NCBI GenBank assembly: GCA_051362555.1
Contig: CM120643.1
Span: forward strand, 20,712,848-20,776,847
DNA from: Lingula anatina
Taxonomy: Eukaryota; Animalia; Brachiopoda
Direction of reading: 5' to 3'
Length of the DNA: 64,000 bases
Shown: positions 1 through 13,245 of the stretch, piece after piece
Numbering within the stretch: the first letter of the stretch is position 1
How the letters are laid out: the number at the start of each line of letters is the position of its first letter
Made by a program: the position numbers and the translations under genes
Notes under the pieces: model-generated
What the model saw: the letters and a program-made list of their open reading frames with translations, nothing else
Told to the model about the DNA's origin: nothing
Database searches by the model: none

Positions 1-28
1 TTATTTTTGTCTTCATTTTCTCTTACAG

Positions 29-173
29 ATATGAATCGCTTGTGGGTACAATAGCAAAAAAATTTACCAAAAAGCGTCAAAGATCATCAGCAAAAGATGA
101 TGAACAAGAGGAAAGAGACTCTGTAAAAAGAAAAAAGAGTAAAAAAGAATTCATGAAACCCAGTGATGACTGA
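29..173 (+). CDS. MPHOSPH6: M-phase phosphoprotein 6 (nuclear exosome cofactor MPP6), terminal coding exon; upstream exons lie outside the window
   Basis: Pyrimidine tract plus CAG acceptor ending at 28. It reads (R)YESLVGTIAKKFTKKR...KKEFMKPSDD-TGA (171-173), matching the recalled MPP6 C-terminus RYETLVGTIGKKFARKR...KKMFLKPQD. Confidence 0.9.
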
Positions 174-1970
174 GATACATGCGGTTTTTCCAACAAGTTA
201 GTTATAAAAATGGGGTCTAACTGTCAAAACAGCCAAACTGTCAAAATGCTAGGTCCGCCATATTTTAACCCAGAAGGATATAGCAGGCACAATCCTAGGA
301 GCCTCCAAATGGTGAATCTCTTAAAATATGGGTCCTGTTTGATGAAATGTCCTTTTGATATAAAAAGATGCCTGCCTTACTTCTTTATTGGGAATATGGT
401 CTTTAAACCAAGCAGAAAAAATAATTTAAGATTTCCTTTTATGATTGTGACCCTCAGTGGCAACATTGGACCATTTTAGTTGGTGTATGCTGTACATGTT
501 GTATAAAACGGCGTTTTATTGAGGGACATTTGTTCTCATTATATGAGACCAATTTGCAATTTGCAGTAGCTTTCATATAGTGGGCTGTTGCTTAGCTAAC
601 AAATTACTTTGTGTAATACTGTACTGATGGCTGCATAAAAGTGACAGCTACAGTAAAGAAGAGAATTCTGGATCTAATCCCTAGGTGTGAAAATTTGTCA
701 AAAACTGTAATTGCACTAAACTTTTTAGTGATGACTGAGGGAGCGGTTTGTTTCTTTCTCTCACTTTCTGTTCCACATTTGCTGGCATACCAAATGAGAT
801 TTATAACAGTTATTTAGATGCAATAAGCAACTTATTCTTTACGGGATATTTATACATTGTCAAATAATATGGTACAATATCATTATGTTACCATGAAAGA
901 TTTACCATTATTTGCCCTGTTATACATGTACCACGTGTAGTTTGTCAGGATAGTGTTCAACTGGAATTATATACTGATAGTTGTTTCACAGTGTCATGCT
1001 CTAGATCAGTGAATGGACAGAATAAGGTTTTGTCTTTCTGTGTTGATAAATGTTGAAAATTTTTGGATACTGTAACTCCTTCAGTGTAGCAGGAAAACCG
1101 CATAGTAATGCACTCCAAGAGTGAAAAAGTCATGAAATTCTATACATTTGGCTACGTTTGTTCATGTTTTGGTTCATAAATTGCTGATTCAGAAGCTGCT
1201 TTACAGGCAGTGTTGGATTAACGTGGGGAAATGAGGGTTGATGGCATGGCGCTTTCTAAAATTTAGATAAATCTTTTTAACACTTGTGTATTACCATCTC
1301 TTTGAGACTACCAAGCAACCAACTGCAAACAGTTGAATACTAAAATATGATTGATCGGAAAACTTACGTAAGTAAACAAGAGGTTATTTGAACCTCGATG
1401 TTTGTTGGGGGAGGGGGATGACCCCCCTGAACATCAAATCATCGGGAATGTGAATATTGAGCATGTCGGTTATGGTGTTAACCCAATAAATTCAAACCGC
1501 TCGACCAATCGATTTGCCTATATATGTAAGCTATTTATATGATATATAAATCAGATCAAAGTCGTATTTAAACTCAAGATTTTATATTGAATGAATGAAT
1601 GACTTTTGCAACCGATGTGGTCACTTGTCCCATTTTGAACATTGTTCAGGTAAAAGTACTGTCACACTCGTATCGTACAGCACTATGTTTCGTTATACCG
1701 ACGTCGTTTACGTCTCGAGTACGCAGGCAAACGGTGTACCCAGTACTTTCGCATATATAGGAAGAAAATATTTTGAGTAAACTCAAAAACAATTTCACGC
1801 GTTGCTGATATGTTCATTTTCACATGCTGAAAAAAAAGGTGATTTCATACGCATTGCCTCTTATTAATCCAGAATAATACTAATGGCAATCCTGAATTCC
1901 GTTCTTCAGAAATAGCAGGGTGATATGCAGCTTTATGTCGGAGAAAACTTGTTAAATTTTCATTTCTTTT

Positions 1971-2430
1971 TAAGATAAGATAAGAGTTTATTTAGCCAAT
2001 TATAAAAATCGGAAATCATTTTCCTTTTGGAGCAATATACAGAGTAAAATAATAAAATAATACAATAAATAAATTAATTAAGAATTTAGTTTTGAGATCA
2101 AATTAAAATGCGTCACTGCACTTGGATAAAAGATGTTTAAAAAGCGTTTACTGCCTTTAAAAGTTAAAAGTCTACTGTTGCTTGGTAAAAACGTAAAAAG
2201 AGATGATGCAGGATGGAAAGAGTCTTTCATGGTGTTGACAATTCTTTTCTGCACCCTGTCTTTAAAAGTATCATCCAGCTTGGGGAGATCCTGCCCGATA
2301 ATCCTGCTTGCAGTTTTCACGTTTGTTAATTTCTTCCTTTCCTCCCCAGCTGTTCCGCTATACCATATTATAATTCCGTACGCTAGAATGCTTTCAATTA
2401 CACACCTGTAAAAATTTACAGGTTTTTTTT
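1971..2430 (-). mobile_element. 5'-truncated non-LTR retrotransposon (Rex1/Babar-like LINE), ORF2 C-terminus plus 3' tail
   Basis: Minus ORF 2078-2449 contains FYRCVIESILAYGIIIWY...ASRIIG...HPASSLF..LPS..R...RF...FYPSAV, typical of the post-RT C-terminus of Rex1-type elements. On the minus strand it is followed by AATAAA (1987-1992) and a (TCTTA)n tail (1971-1985). Confidence 0.85.
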
Positions 2431-3045
2431 TCGTTTTAGAGAATAACAAAAGTAAATAGAGAAAAAATATGCCTTGGGCTCGTTACCATTGCCTATTGTA
2501 TACAAATACCATTTTTTGTTTATTAAATGATACGATATAGACTTACTGAAACCTTCATCTATCCGTCACACATTCTGTGGAACTATTCACTATCGCTTCG
2601 AAGGTTAATTTTAAAATCATTGATATTATTTTGTACTGTATAAATAAATGTCATCTTTCTGCCTGCTAATTCAATAAACATATAATCGATTCTACAGATA
2701 TCTTTTGTTTTTATCTTTAAGCATTGATAAATAATTTCTACGAGATAAACTAAGATGAAATAGTGTTTAAAGTAAATATTAATCATTTTGATATCTACAG
2801 TTTTCTGTTCTTTATTTAAACAAATCTGGCCGTGTTGGATCTGCTCTTTGCGAAAGGGTACACCTGCATTGGTGGTGGGCCTAAATTTTTTGTGGCCAGC
2901 ATTCGTTACTTCTCAATACTGGAAACGTCATAGGCCTGATTATTAAAAGGTCTATAGTGAGCGTTTCTTTAATTTTTAGCACATAACTAAGTTTTAGCCG
3001 AATATGGCGTAAAAGCATGATTATACCCGAACGCACTCTTGTGGG

Positions 3046-3055
3046 TCTCTCTCTT

Positions 3056-3101
<46 letters not shown>
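3046..3101. repeat. Compound (CT)n(TG)n(AG)n microsatellite
   Basis: Directly visible. Confidence 0.9.
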
Positions 3102-3535
3102 CCTTCAAGGCTATTCTTTAAGTAGTTTTTATTGATGATTAGAACAGAACCCAATCTTCTCTAACGCAATCGGTACTCCCTACACTAATCCGGTGATAAG
3201 CGTCACTGTGTACACCTCTCCGTGCCGACTGCTTTATCTATCCGTGTCAATAGGTGGATTTGGAGTGCTGTAATCACACGGGAGACGGCTTAATTGCCGC
3301 TATTTTCATGTCTAAAAATCAGACCAGAGAGGAGATTTTAATCCAAGCGTGTTAGCCCGTATAAAGAAGAGAAGAAACTGAAAACTGCGTCAGGGATGTC
3401 AGGTCGTCCGTCTCTCACCTAGTTCGGAAATGGCTGCAGCCGGAGAATAAACTACTGGATTCCGTGAATTAAGAGATTTTTATAAGTAATTATGATCACA
3501 AGTCTTGGGTCGTATTTTACAGAACGTTGTAAACA

Positions 3536-6467
3536 ATGTATTTGAACGGTTGCTGGGGCGGTTTGCAACAGACGGGTGGATTGCCCTCTTGTTTTTTCGT
3601 CGCTGTTCTCTGTACGTTTGGATATGTTAAAGGTCTGGACTCAGATTCTGGTAAGTTCATTTTATTTATTGACAGGCTACAATAGTTCCAAAATAGTTAA
3701 ATGAATAAAATAAGAACAATATCTGAAGCCATGACACATTGCTATTTTTGTATTTTGTCTAAACAAAGTAGTCTTTAGCTAAGTTAATGTAAAAAAGTGA
3801 TCATTATTTCAACGTTAACTGTTTATACTCTCTGTCTCGTGATTAATCAGAATAATAACGTTATCCCCACACCATGATATATAGGCCTACCAGCAGAAAA
3901 CGCGTCTATGACGTATTCTCCATAGCAACGAAACAACACAACATATTTTCTTACCTAGATTGCAGTGTTACCTGAATCGGTCTTTATTCATTATCATTAT
4001 TACTTCTTTATTCAGTGTACTACTTAACGGAAACATGTTACGGTCACGTACAGGCAGCAGAAGGGCGAATAGAGGCGAGCACCGCGTTAACGTACGACAA
4101 CAACATGAACTGCGTCTTCACCGCAACAGCCACGGGGGGCGTTGGACTCATACTGGTCCTGCAGAGATTTGAGATAGAGGAAAGCACGGACGGTCAATGT
4201 AAATTTGATAATTTGACTCTTCACGATGGTAATAGCGTCGCAAGCCCGATTATACCGACAGCACCGCTGTGTGGCCGTAGAAGTGGCTTGTATTTCCTTA
4301 CCTCCTCAACGTCCGTGACTGTGCATTTCAGAACAGACTCCTCTGGTGTTGATAGGGGTTTCAGTCTACTGTTCACGGCCTATTATCAAGGTAGTATTTT
4401 TATGTGTTTATATATTTATTTATATATTTATTTGACGGGAATCAAGTTTCTTAGAAAAATGAAAACGATGAGTAAACTGTGTTGTTAAGCGACGACGAAG
4501 CTTCTAAAAAAGAGGTGAAAACATTGTGACAGGGATGTTTTAAACGAGAAAGATTTATTTGTGATATAACTCTTAAGGAGGCTCTCTCATATTTACATTT
4601 TTATTTATTTATTTATTTATTTTTATTTTCTGCAATGTGCGCAGTTTTCGGGCATGATAATTCCTAGCTGTAACAGCTAAGCATTAAAACCTTTACCGTA
4701 ATATTGTGTTATTCACCGTCCGATTAAAACTTTGTTGTTGTTTTGCTCGAATAAGGATAATGTGGATATCAAATGCACATTGTGTTTTGTGCAGATTTAC
4801 TTACAGCGAGAGCTTTTGAAAAAAAAAGACGTCATCACTGCACCCAACTGGCCTCTTAGAGAGAGTGCGACCGATGATGACGCATCAATAACTCACAGAG
4901 TAAATAAAGCATTAAAAATACAGTGTAATATGTAAACACTAATCCTTTTTTCTCTCAGTCTAGAGACACACCCTCAATGGCTACGCCTGTTCCCATCACC
5001 TTAATTACGAGACAACCCGTCGTTGAGACATGGTGATATAAGAGAATAAAGATATAATGATAAGATATGATTTTTTCATCATAATAATTCAATACACTAC
5101 TGATGAGAATTGGAATAATGAAATAGTAAAAGGAACAAGAAAGTTTTATTTAAAAGCAAGCACGCCGATATGAAACAATAACTCAAGTAGATCGGAGTGT
5201 CATTTTAAAATCTCTAGCTACAGAGTACATTATAAATCCATATCTATCCAAATGTTCATTAGCTTGGTAGTCGGATCATATTTGATAATTATAAAACAAG
5301 GTGGGATGTACATGTAGGCCTTCATCAGACTGTTGTGGGTAGAGGTTGTTACTAACCGCAAATCTGTCCAGCTTAAAAAGTTTTAAAAGTGCCGTAAGGA
5401 ATAGGATACATTCCCCACAGAAAAAAAGCTGAATATTAGACGGCGGGCGTGGTTGCTAAAAATTTGTTGTATTAGCGACAAGTTATGGTGGGACATGTGC
5501 GAGCAAGATTTCATGAATAATCAAACAAGCTCTGGAATACGGGGCCATCTCAAAAGAGCTAAAAGGACACAAATTGACCTTTTATCTTTCACTCCTGTGA
5601 AAAGTTACCACTCAAAGCAACAATTAGCGTTTTTTTTTCATCCCCTTCTCTTCTTCTAGCACCATGCAGAGCTGACCAGTTCTTGTGTGGAGGAGGACAG
5701 TGTGTTGGGGAGAACGTGAAGTGTAATGGATTAAACCAGTGTGGCGATTTCTCGGACGAAACCAACTGTGCAGGTTAGTATTGCTGGTATTGAGAGAGAG
5801 AGAGAGAGAGAGGAGCATAACATGAAAAGGAGTATTAATGAATCAATGGCAATCTCTATATCCCCTTTTAGTATAGTACTGAAACTTCTAAAGCATATGT
5901 GTCTGTTTATAGTGCATAAGTCCCAAGGCTCAGGTCGCAGTATCAACCATCAGGTGCATGTAAGGCGTAATAATTGTGTTAGGTGGACGATGCAATCATG
6001 ATCTGCGCGTTCTCTACCCAAGGCCAGCTATTTGATGCTGTTAATTATGTACACAAGTTCTCAGTGGAGAACAAAGTGCATAGAATGAGCAAGAGAAAAA
6101 CCCGGGAATATCTTGTCAGAAATCAATCTGTGGCCCTGGTTGAGGGTTATTTGCGCCTTACTCCTTTTGTTTTATTTTCACTTTTATCATCTCTCTTACA
6201 GAAGATTCGGAAGAGGATTCTGCCAATGATCCCGTCACGCAGGCAGATCCAGGCGTAGTATCTGGAGTCATAATAGGAGCGACTTTGTTTATAATTCTTG
6301 TAATACTTGGAGCTTGGCGTCTTTACAAATGGAAACAATATAAGACATTTTTGAAAAGGATTGAAAATGAAGAGGTGGAGAAGGCAGGGTATAACGAAAT
6401 CTCTTTCAGGACGGTAGACAGCAGAGCGGAATATCCTCTCACGAACTATTATCAAAATGACGGCTAG
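3536..6467 (+). CDS. Single-pass membrane protein with signal peptide, CUB, LDL-receptor class A, TM and short cytoplasmic tail (LDLRAD/NETO-like architecture), ~289 aa
   Basis: Exons 3536-3650, 4016-4390, 5660-5773 and 6202-6467, all joined by phase-1 GT-AG introns. CUB: YDNNMNCVF...CKFDNLTLHDG...LCG...VTVHFRTDSSGVDRGFSL. LDLa: CRADQFLCGGGQCVGENVKCNGLNQCGDFSDETNC. TM: GVIIGATLFIILVILGAW followed by RLYKWK. The start exon is the least certain part. Confidence 0.88.
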
Positions 6468-6952
6468 AAATACCGATTTATGCGTGAAAAACCCGATTTA
6501 AAGTAACAAGATGGCAAGAACGAGCGGAATAAGACTTTCTGCGATATACTGGTAGGGGCCATCTCAAAACAGAGACGGGAGCACTCAAGTCGTTCTATAC
6601 TCCGGCACTCCTTGTTAAAAGTTCACCCTTTTCAGGGTCGATTATTATTGTATATTCAGACAGATCTGATAAATGAATGTATTCGCCAGTAATTTAAAAT
6701 GCCTTTTCTTATGATTAATTAATGTTGTAAGTTACTTGTATGATTACATTGACTACGTCAGTCGCTCGCTCACTGGTAGCTATCACGTTAGTGTGATAGA
6801 GAAGCTGACTTTATGAATGGAGACAGCATTGGAGAAGGAGAGTTTATTTGGTATAAATATTGCCATTATTCAGTTATACAAAATATTTGGAAGTTGAAGT
6901 GAATCCATCCATTTGTTTTTTTTTTTTATATTGGACGCTCTGACGGTCGCAA

Positions 6953-7009
6953 CTTATTATTATTATTATTATTATTATTATTGTTATTATTATTATTATT
7001 ATTATTATT
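6953..7009. repeat. (TAT)n microsatellite
   Basis: Directly visible. Confidence 0.9.
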
Positions 7010-9107
7010 CAGTCAATTCTTTATTTTTTAAATAAAAATTAATCGGGATTTCCGATATGTTTTATTGACTTCAACAGGGGGAATTTTCAAATCGATAAAG
7101 ACAAGCATAATGTTTATAAAGACTTATAAAAAGCCACTGGTTCTTTTTTTTTTTTTAATAACAGCGAACATTGTATACATTTGGTATGTATTATACATGT
7201 ATGAACCACTGTGGAAAGTGTATATATGAACTGAAGATGCGCTGCTGATGTTCAAAAATATTTTTGGTCTAACCTCTGATACTTAAACATGGAAAAGAGT
7301 TTCCCCCCGAATTTTATACCCCCCTCCCGCACCATCTCCACCCATCTTCCCCTGCTACACCTTGTAATTTGCAAATTATTGACCGGAATACTGTTATACA
7401 TTGCAATGGTGAGTGCAAAGGGGCAGCTTTGTCCACGCCCCCTCCCTCCCCCCCCTCCCCCATGTGAACCCACTCTACCTCCAAAAATAGTGGTATGAAC
7501 GACAAGAGGCAAAAACCAAGCAATTTACAATCTCTGTTTTTATAGACATTATAGTAAAATTGTCCCGTCGTCTCTTTTCTTAGTCTAGTGCACATTGATT
7601 ACCCCCCCCCCCCCCCCCTCCTTGACAAAATCCTCGATCCGCTAGAGGATTGTGATACGCAAACAGTTTTTTGTTGACAATAACAGCAATCGGAGTAATG
7701 TACGTTGTTCTTTTCCCGGGTCTAAAGAAGAGCACTGCAGGTCTCAAGTATAGTTTTGTATTGTGTCCAGACCGACAACTGACTACACTGCATATACATT
7801 CGACATCACATATATCACAGCCCTAACTTTTGCCCATGACTCAAGAGTCACGTGATATTTATAAATAAACAGCCAAGAAGTAGGAGCATTTAAAGGGACT
7901 GATGGAAATTTCCAACACTTACGCAAGCAGTAGTATAAATCGCTTTTGCACCTCGTATGTTATCATGAACAGTTCAGACGTATGCATTAGTATGTAAAGC
8001 GGGAGTCGACAATTCTTCCCTTATAGAGATAACAGACCGAATATACAAATATTCAAATGCATATTTCTGCGCAATATAATAATACATAACATGACTATTA
8101 TACCCGCAGACAACTGAAAGTCTATACTTCGTGTTGCTAGAGCGGCACGAACTCGCCGTTACCTGAATGTTTCCCCTCTCAGCATATATTAATTGCACGG
8201 GGTTTGCATTTCACTGGAAACTCAAATCTGTATTACATTTGCTGATCATTTAGAGGTGGATTTCCAGTGACCCCCCCCCCCCCCCCACACACACACCCAG
8301 GGGGTATACATGATGCTTAAACCTTTAAAGTGAATGTCTTACTTTGTTATGGTTTTCGACTTAGTAGGTGTGTGTGTCATTACTAATGTAATTGTATCTT
8401 CTTACTGTTTGTTGGGTTCTACCACGTGACGACTTCAGTTACCTGTACAAATGTACATGTACCTGAATATGTTACCCCCCTCCCCCGTTCAGAGCATCGG
8501 AAGACCACCTTTCTCTGTCCCAAACTGACGGTATGATAAGCGAAACGGGACAAAATCAAGAAATTTTCCATTCCTATGCTCTACATATTACTTTCATATA
8601 ATGCATATTCCCTTTAATTTTCCAGTCCTTATAACCTCTATTTGTTTCTCCCCCCCCCCTCTCCCGTTTACCCCCCTCCCCCTCGCCCACCTCCTAGCAA
8701 AACGCTGGATATGACGGTGACGACAGGTATTAGTTCTATTGGGTCGTAATGTTATCAAAACTTAAGGGTCAGTTAAGCCGACCTCACCTAAGCCGGAGTA
8801 AAGGTCGTTGATCGCGGGCATAAAGGAAGAATTCAGCAGTGATCTCGTGTGAATCCACAGAGCCAAAGGCGTGAGTCAAAGTTCAAAACAAAAGCTAAGC
8901 AAATATGTGACGGAATTTTTTTCGCAATTTCCATGAGTGAGTTTCGTTCAAGGTCCTAATAAAATAACACTTCCATCACTCGCGACCCGGTACCTCAGCA
9001 AATTCACATTGATTATTATTATTCTATACCAGTAGTCGCTTTTACTTGTCGTTCGGTGAGCGAGGTCGGTGTCACATATTTCATCCTGCTTCTGATCCGT
9101 ATACAAG

Positions 9108-12100
9108 ATGTCAGCTGCGGCAGGTAATGTAACAAGGCTATTTTACATTGATACAAATGCACACTGTTTACGATATTATAGAACATTGCAAGTTACAATA
9201 GTATGCCTCGCGTATCTCGTATCCGATAGCAAGTTGTCATCACGACAATCAATGGAAACCATGGGTTACATGCATGTTCATAATAAGGTCACATAGGGAT
9301 AAATGTGCTATTTGAGGTAATTTTACATCTAAGGGCCATTATCCCATTGCAGCTAATGCACGTTATTGCAGTAACTACGTCGTCTACCGTATGAGGTAGA
9401 TGCCTTTTTAAAAAGCAAACATTAAAACGTTGTTAAAAGTTAATGATTTTGAATCACCGAGATAGATAAAATACTATTTGGCAGGCACCCTCGGGTCACG
9501 GGGTTCGCTATTTTTCTGAAAAAAATTGTTGTGCCTTTAATTTTGTGTACTATTTTAAAGGCTACTGTTTTCAGAGGGTAGTAGGCAGGCAAGTAATACA
9601 TGTACACCGTGCACTGGGCATTGCTTTAAAGGGCGTCAATTAGAGAAATTTAACTTTCTGCGGTTGTAATGTTAACGTAGCGTTGGGAGTTGTCAATCTA
9701 GATATTAACGAAATTTGCCTGTGCTTAATTTTTCTGATCATATGGCTAGCTATGAATCTCTCTCTGACCACAAGGATCGCGAGCAGTCTCCTCCAAAAAT
9801 AGTCTAATTTCTTCTTTGACTTTGAAAAAAAAAAAGCAAAACTAAGGCTACTGTGCTATCAGAGGGAAGATTTGAACAATGAACACAGGTTTATGATTCT
9901 CAGACAGGGTAGCAAATCTCAATGCCTGGCATAACTCTGTATTTTCCGTATATGAGACTCTCCTCATGTGATATTGAGAGACAATGTATGTACATTGACA
10001 GAAAATCTCGCCATAATACTGTTTGATGTTTGATCTACGGATGATAAAATGATGCACACCTGCAGGTAGCTTTATATATACTAGTGCATGTAAATACATG
10101 CCAGCACATTCATATTTGCTATGAAAAGAAGCCGTGTTATATCTAGGCCAGAGATTAACAGTCGCGATTTTTGTCTTTACAATTATTATTGTTTTTTATT
10201 ACAAAAACTGTTACGTTAAGAAATATGGTAGTAGTAGGCTACAGTCAATCATTGGCAGTCCATATCAGGGACGTCAAGGGCTCCAGGATGTAACGTTGTG
10301 CTAGTATTGCACACCTAAGTTATCCTCTTTGACAAATATAAAGTAGGAAATAGTCAGAATAATATAGTCATCCTTTAGCATTTTATTCATATTGTTTGCA
10401 GAAACTATAGTGCGAAAGTAACAGTTAAGAAAGGCAAATGAAAGTGATAGCATTTCCTGATTATGTCGGGGATAGCATATCCTACTAGCCGAAGGATCCG
10501 AGAACAATTAAAGGTAAAAAAACCCTCCCATAATCTACCTTCTCTTCTCCAAAATGGCATATCCTGCCGTCACCCCAAACTTAATTCGTCTGGAGGTAGT
10601 AACCTTTGATCGGAATGGGATAAGGGTCACGACAATTTCCTGAATTCAAGCCAAAACTTTAGAAAGAAGTCGTTACAAAATATATAGCGAGTCTTTCTTG
10701 AAAAATGATGGAATGTCTTCCTACATGTAGGTAAAGAACACAATAAAGGATTTGTAACAGTTAGTTAAATTGTATTTGCATACCCTTACTGTGATACCCC
10801 TGTCTGTCCATAGATTAAGTTAAGACCATCCGAATATCAGTAGTTTACATAATCGCGGTGACAGTTGGGTTGGCCACAGATAAGAAACAACGCGTAGGCT
10901 TTCAACTGACGAATTTGGCACTAAGCACCAATATGTCCATCGCGTGTCATCCTTAATTCTTTCGGGGAATATAGAAGAACCCGCTGTCTCAAGTTCAAAA
11001 TCGTCCTGCTGGAAAAATGAGTATAGGAAGCATGCACATCTCCTCTTACATGACAATGCTAATGACTATTCTAGCTCATGATCCTCCTCTGTTTAAGAGC
11101 TGCGTTTTCATTTGCTTATCTCTTATTTGTTTATTTATATATATATATATTTGGCCTTTCTGAAAAATGTTTTTTGGTTACTCCCTGACTCACTCGTGCG
11201 TTCGTTTGCACGTTCTCTAATCTTTCTTTTTTTTTCTTTCTTTTTTTTATTGTTTGTTTGAATTGTTTGTTTCATTCTTCACTCATTCATTCATCAAATA
11301 TATTCATTTGTTTACAGTAGTATCAGTCCGTGATGAGATGTCCAAGTATTGGAGGCAGCATTCCTCGGAGGGTAACCTGCAAGAAATGCTGCTTGACAAC
11401 GACGCGGAGGACATTGCCCGAGAGGAGACACCGGAAATCCTCTCAATGTTGCCGGACTATGAGAATAAAGATGTCGTAGAACTTGGAGCCGGGATAGGGT
11501 AAGTTTAAATAGGCTAACATGAGCTGCTTTAACGTGGCTGACCACGTGGAATGTAAAAAATATAGTAAGCCTACGAACAAAACCTATCCTATAGTAAAAC
11601 AATAACTAATCCCAAGGGTTCTGTAATGACCTGTTTTTTATTAAAATATTTTTTAGTGTTTTCTCAAGTGAAATGCTGGTAGAGACTAATTAATGAATAT
11701 TGCAACACATTTCAGTCGTTTCACGTCGTCTCTTTCCGAGCAGAGCAAGAGCGTGGTGGCTGTAGATTTTATGCAAAACTTCATAGAAAAAAATAAGGAG
11801 ACAAACGATCACTATGGCAATACGGAATTCATTTGTGCAGACGTCACACATTTGGATCTCCCGGCTTCAAGGTGGGTTTATTTATTTATTTATTTATTTA
11901 TTTTAAACTCACATAATACAACTCTATGTCACACCAAACAGTTAACATTGTTTCGTATTTATATACCACTGTGGAAAAGCGAGTATGTTTGGAAGGTACA
12001 TAAGTGTCTAGACCTGCGTTTGTGTCTTTTAATAGTACAACAATAAAAGTAAAAAGAAAAACAATTTAGAAACTGTGTCATATCTGCATGAAAATAACTC

Positions 12101-13193
12101 TTCAACTCTATTTGCATAAAAATGAATTGATCGTTTAAATATCAGTGCAGGTATGATAATAATTTTCTGTTTCGATTTCTTCCTAATCTGTTTGGATAAA
12201 ACGCTTCAAATATACATTTACAGCGCCGACATCGTCTTCAGCAACTGGCTGTTGATGTATTTATCCAACGACGAGATTGTCAACCTGGGCAGGAAGATGT
12301 TGTCATGGTTACGGAATGATGGATATTTCTTCTTCCGAGAATCGTGCTTTCACAAGTCAGGTACGTTGTCGCCATCTTCCGCGGGCAAATCTCGTTCTTG
12401 GTCACAAATGCAGCGGCGTTTTTAGAGTGTTGAGAACAAGATCTCAGCTTTGGAAGTACCACCCAAAAAGATTTTATGATGATGTGTATTGAATTTTTTT
12501 TAGAAAGCCTGTAAGTTATAAATCATACAGCGCTTGTCTGCTGATAAATCCAGAAATGTTACAGGTCAAAAAGTAATACATTGGTTTTGGGGACATGCCG
12601 ATTTACGGAAAAATAACGCGTTTTGTAGTTTATTTAAGTTGTGTGCCTTAAGAAGCAAAACAAAGTTTTCCTAAATTTTCAGCTAAAAGCTACAAACTGC
12701 TTCAACTGTTATTCTTTGGGTTCCTGCCATGTATCATAATGGTACTAGTACGTCCAATCTCTTCCTATTCAGGTTCTAAGGCGCGAGAGAACGATTTCAA
12801 CCCCACCCAGTACCGTAACCCTGCAGAGTATATCAGTTTACTGGAACGAGCTGTTCTGCCAGCAGAAAACGGGAACGGTTCTTACGCCTTTGAAATGGTT
12901 TTGTCCAAAAACGTGCAGACGTATCTCAAGGTACATGCCTTATTTGTTTTGGGCGTGTAAAAGGGGGGTTAGGTTATTTAACTTAGATGTTTACAATTTT
13001 TGGTATTGTTGCTGTTGTTGTTGTTTTTACATATAAATATCCCTAGACAGAGACAGGGCCAGATGGAAAGAAGTGACTGTGGCCTTATGTCCCACACGGA
13101 ACGAAGAGCATTGATGATGATGATGATCCCTATATAATAATGATAATTATTTTCTTTGTAATTTTGATTAAGACAGCTGTGCTTGATAAATAA

Positions 13194-13245
<52 letters not shown>

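Noticed and set aside
210-479. 89-aa ORF after MPHOSPH6
   Set aside because: Lies in the probable 3'UTR, with no motif or splice support.
10810-11090. Exon-like GC-richer patch in PMT intron 1
   Set aside because: No frame with compatible acceptor and donor and no stop; the gene model is complete without it.
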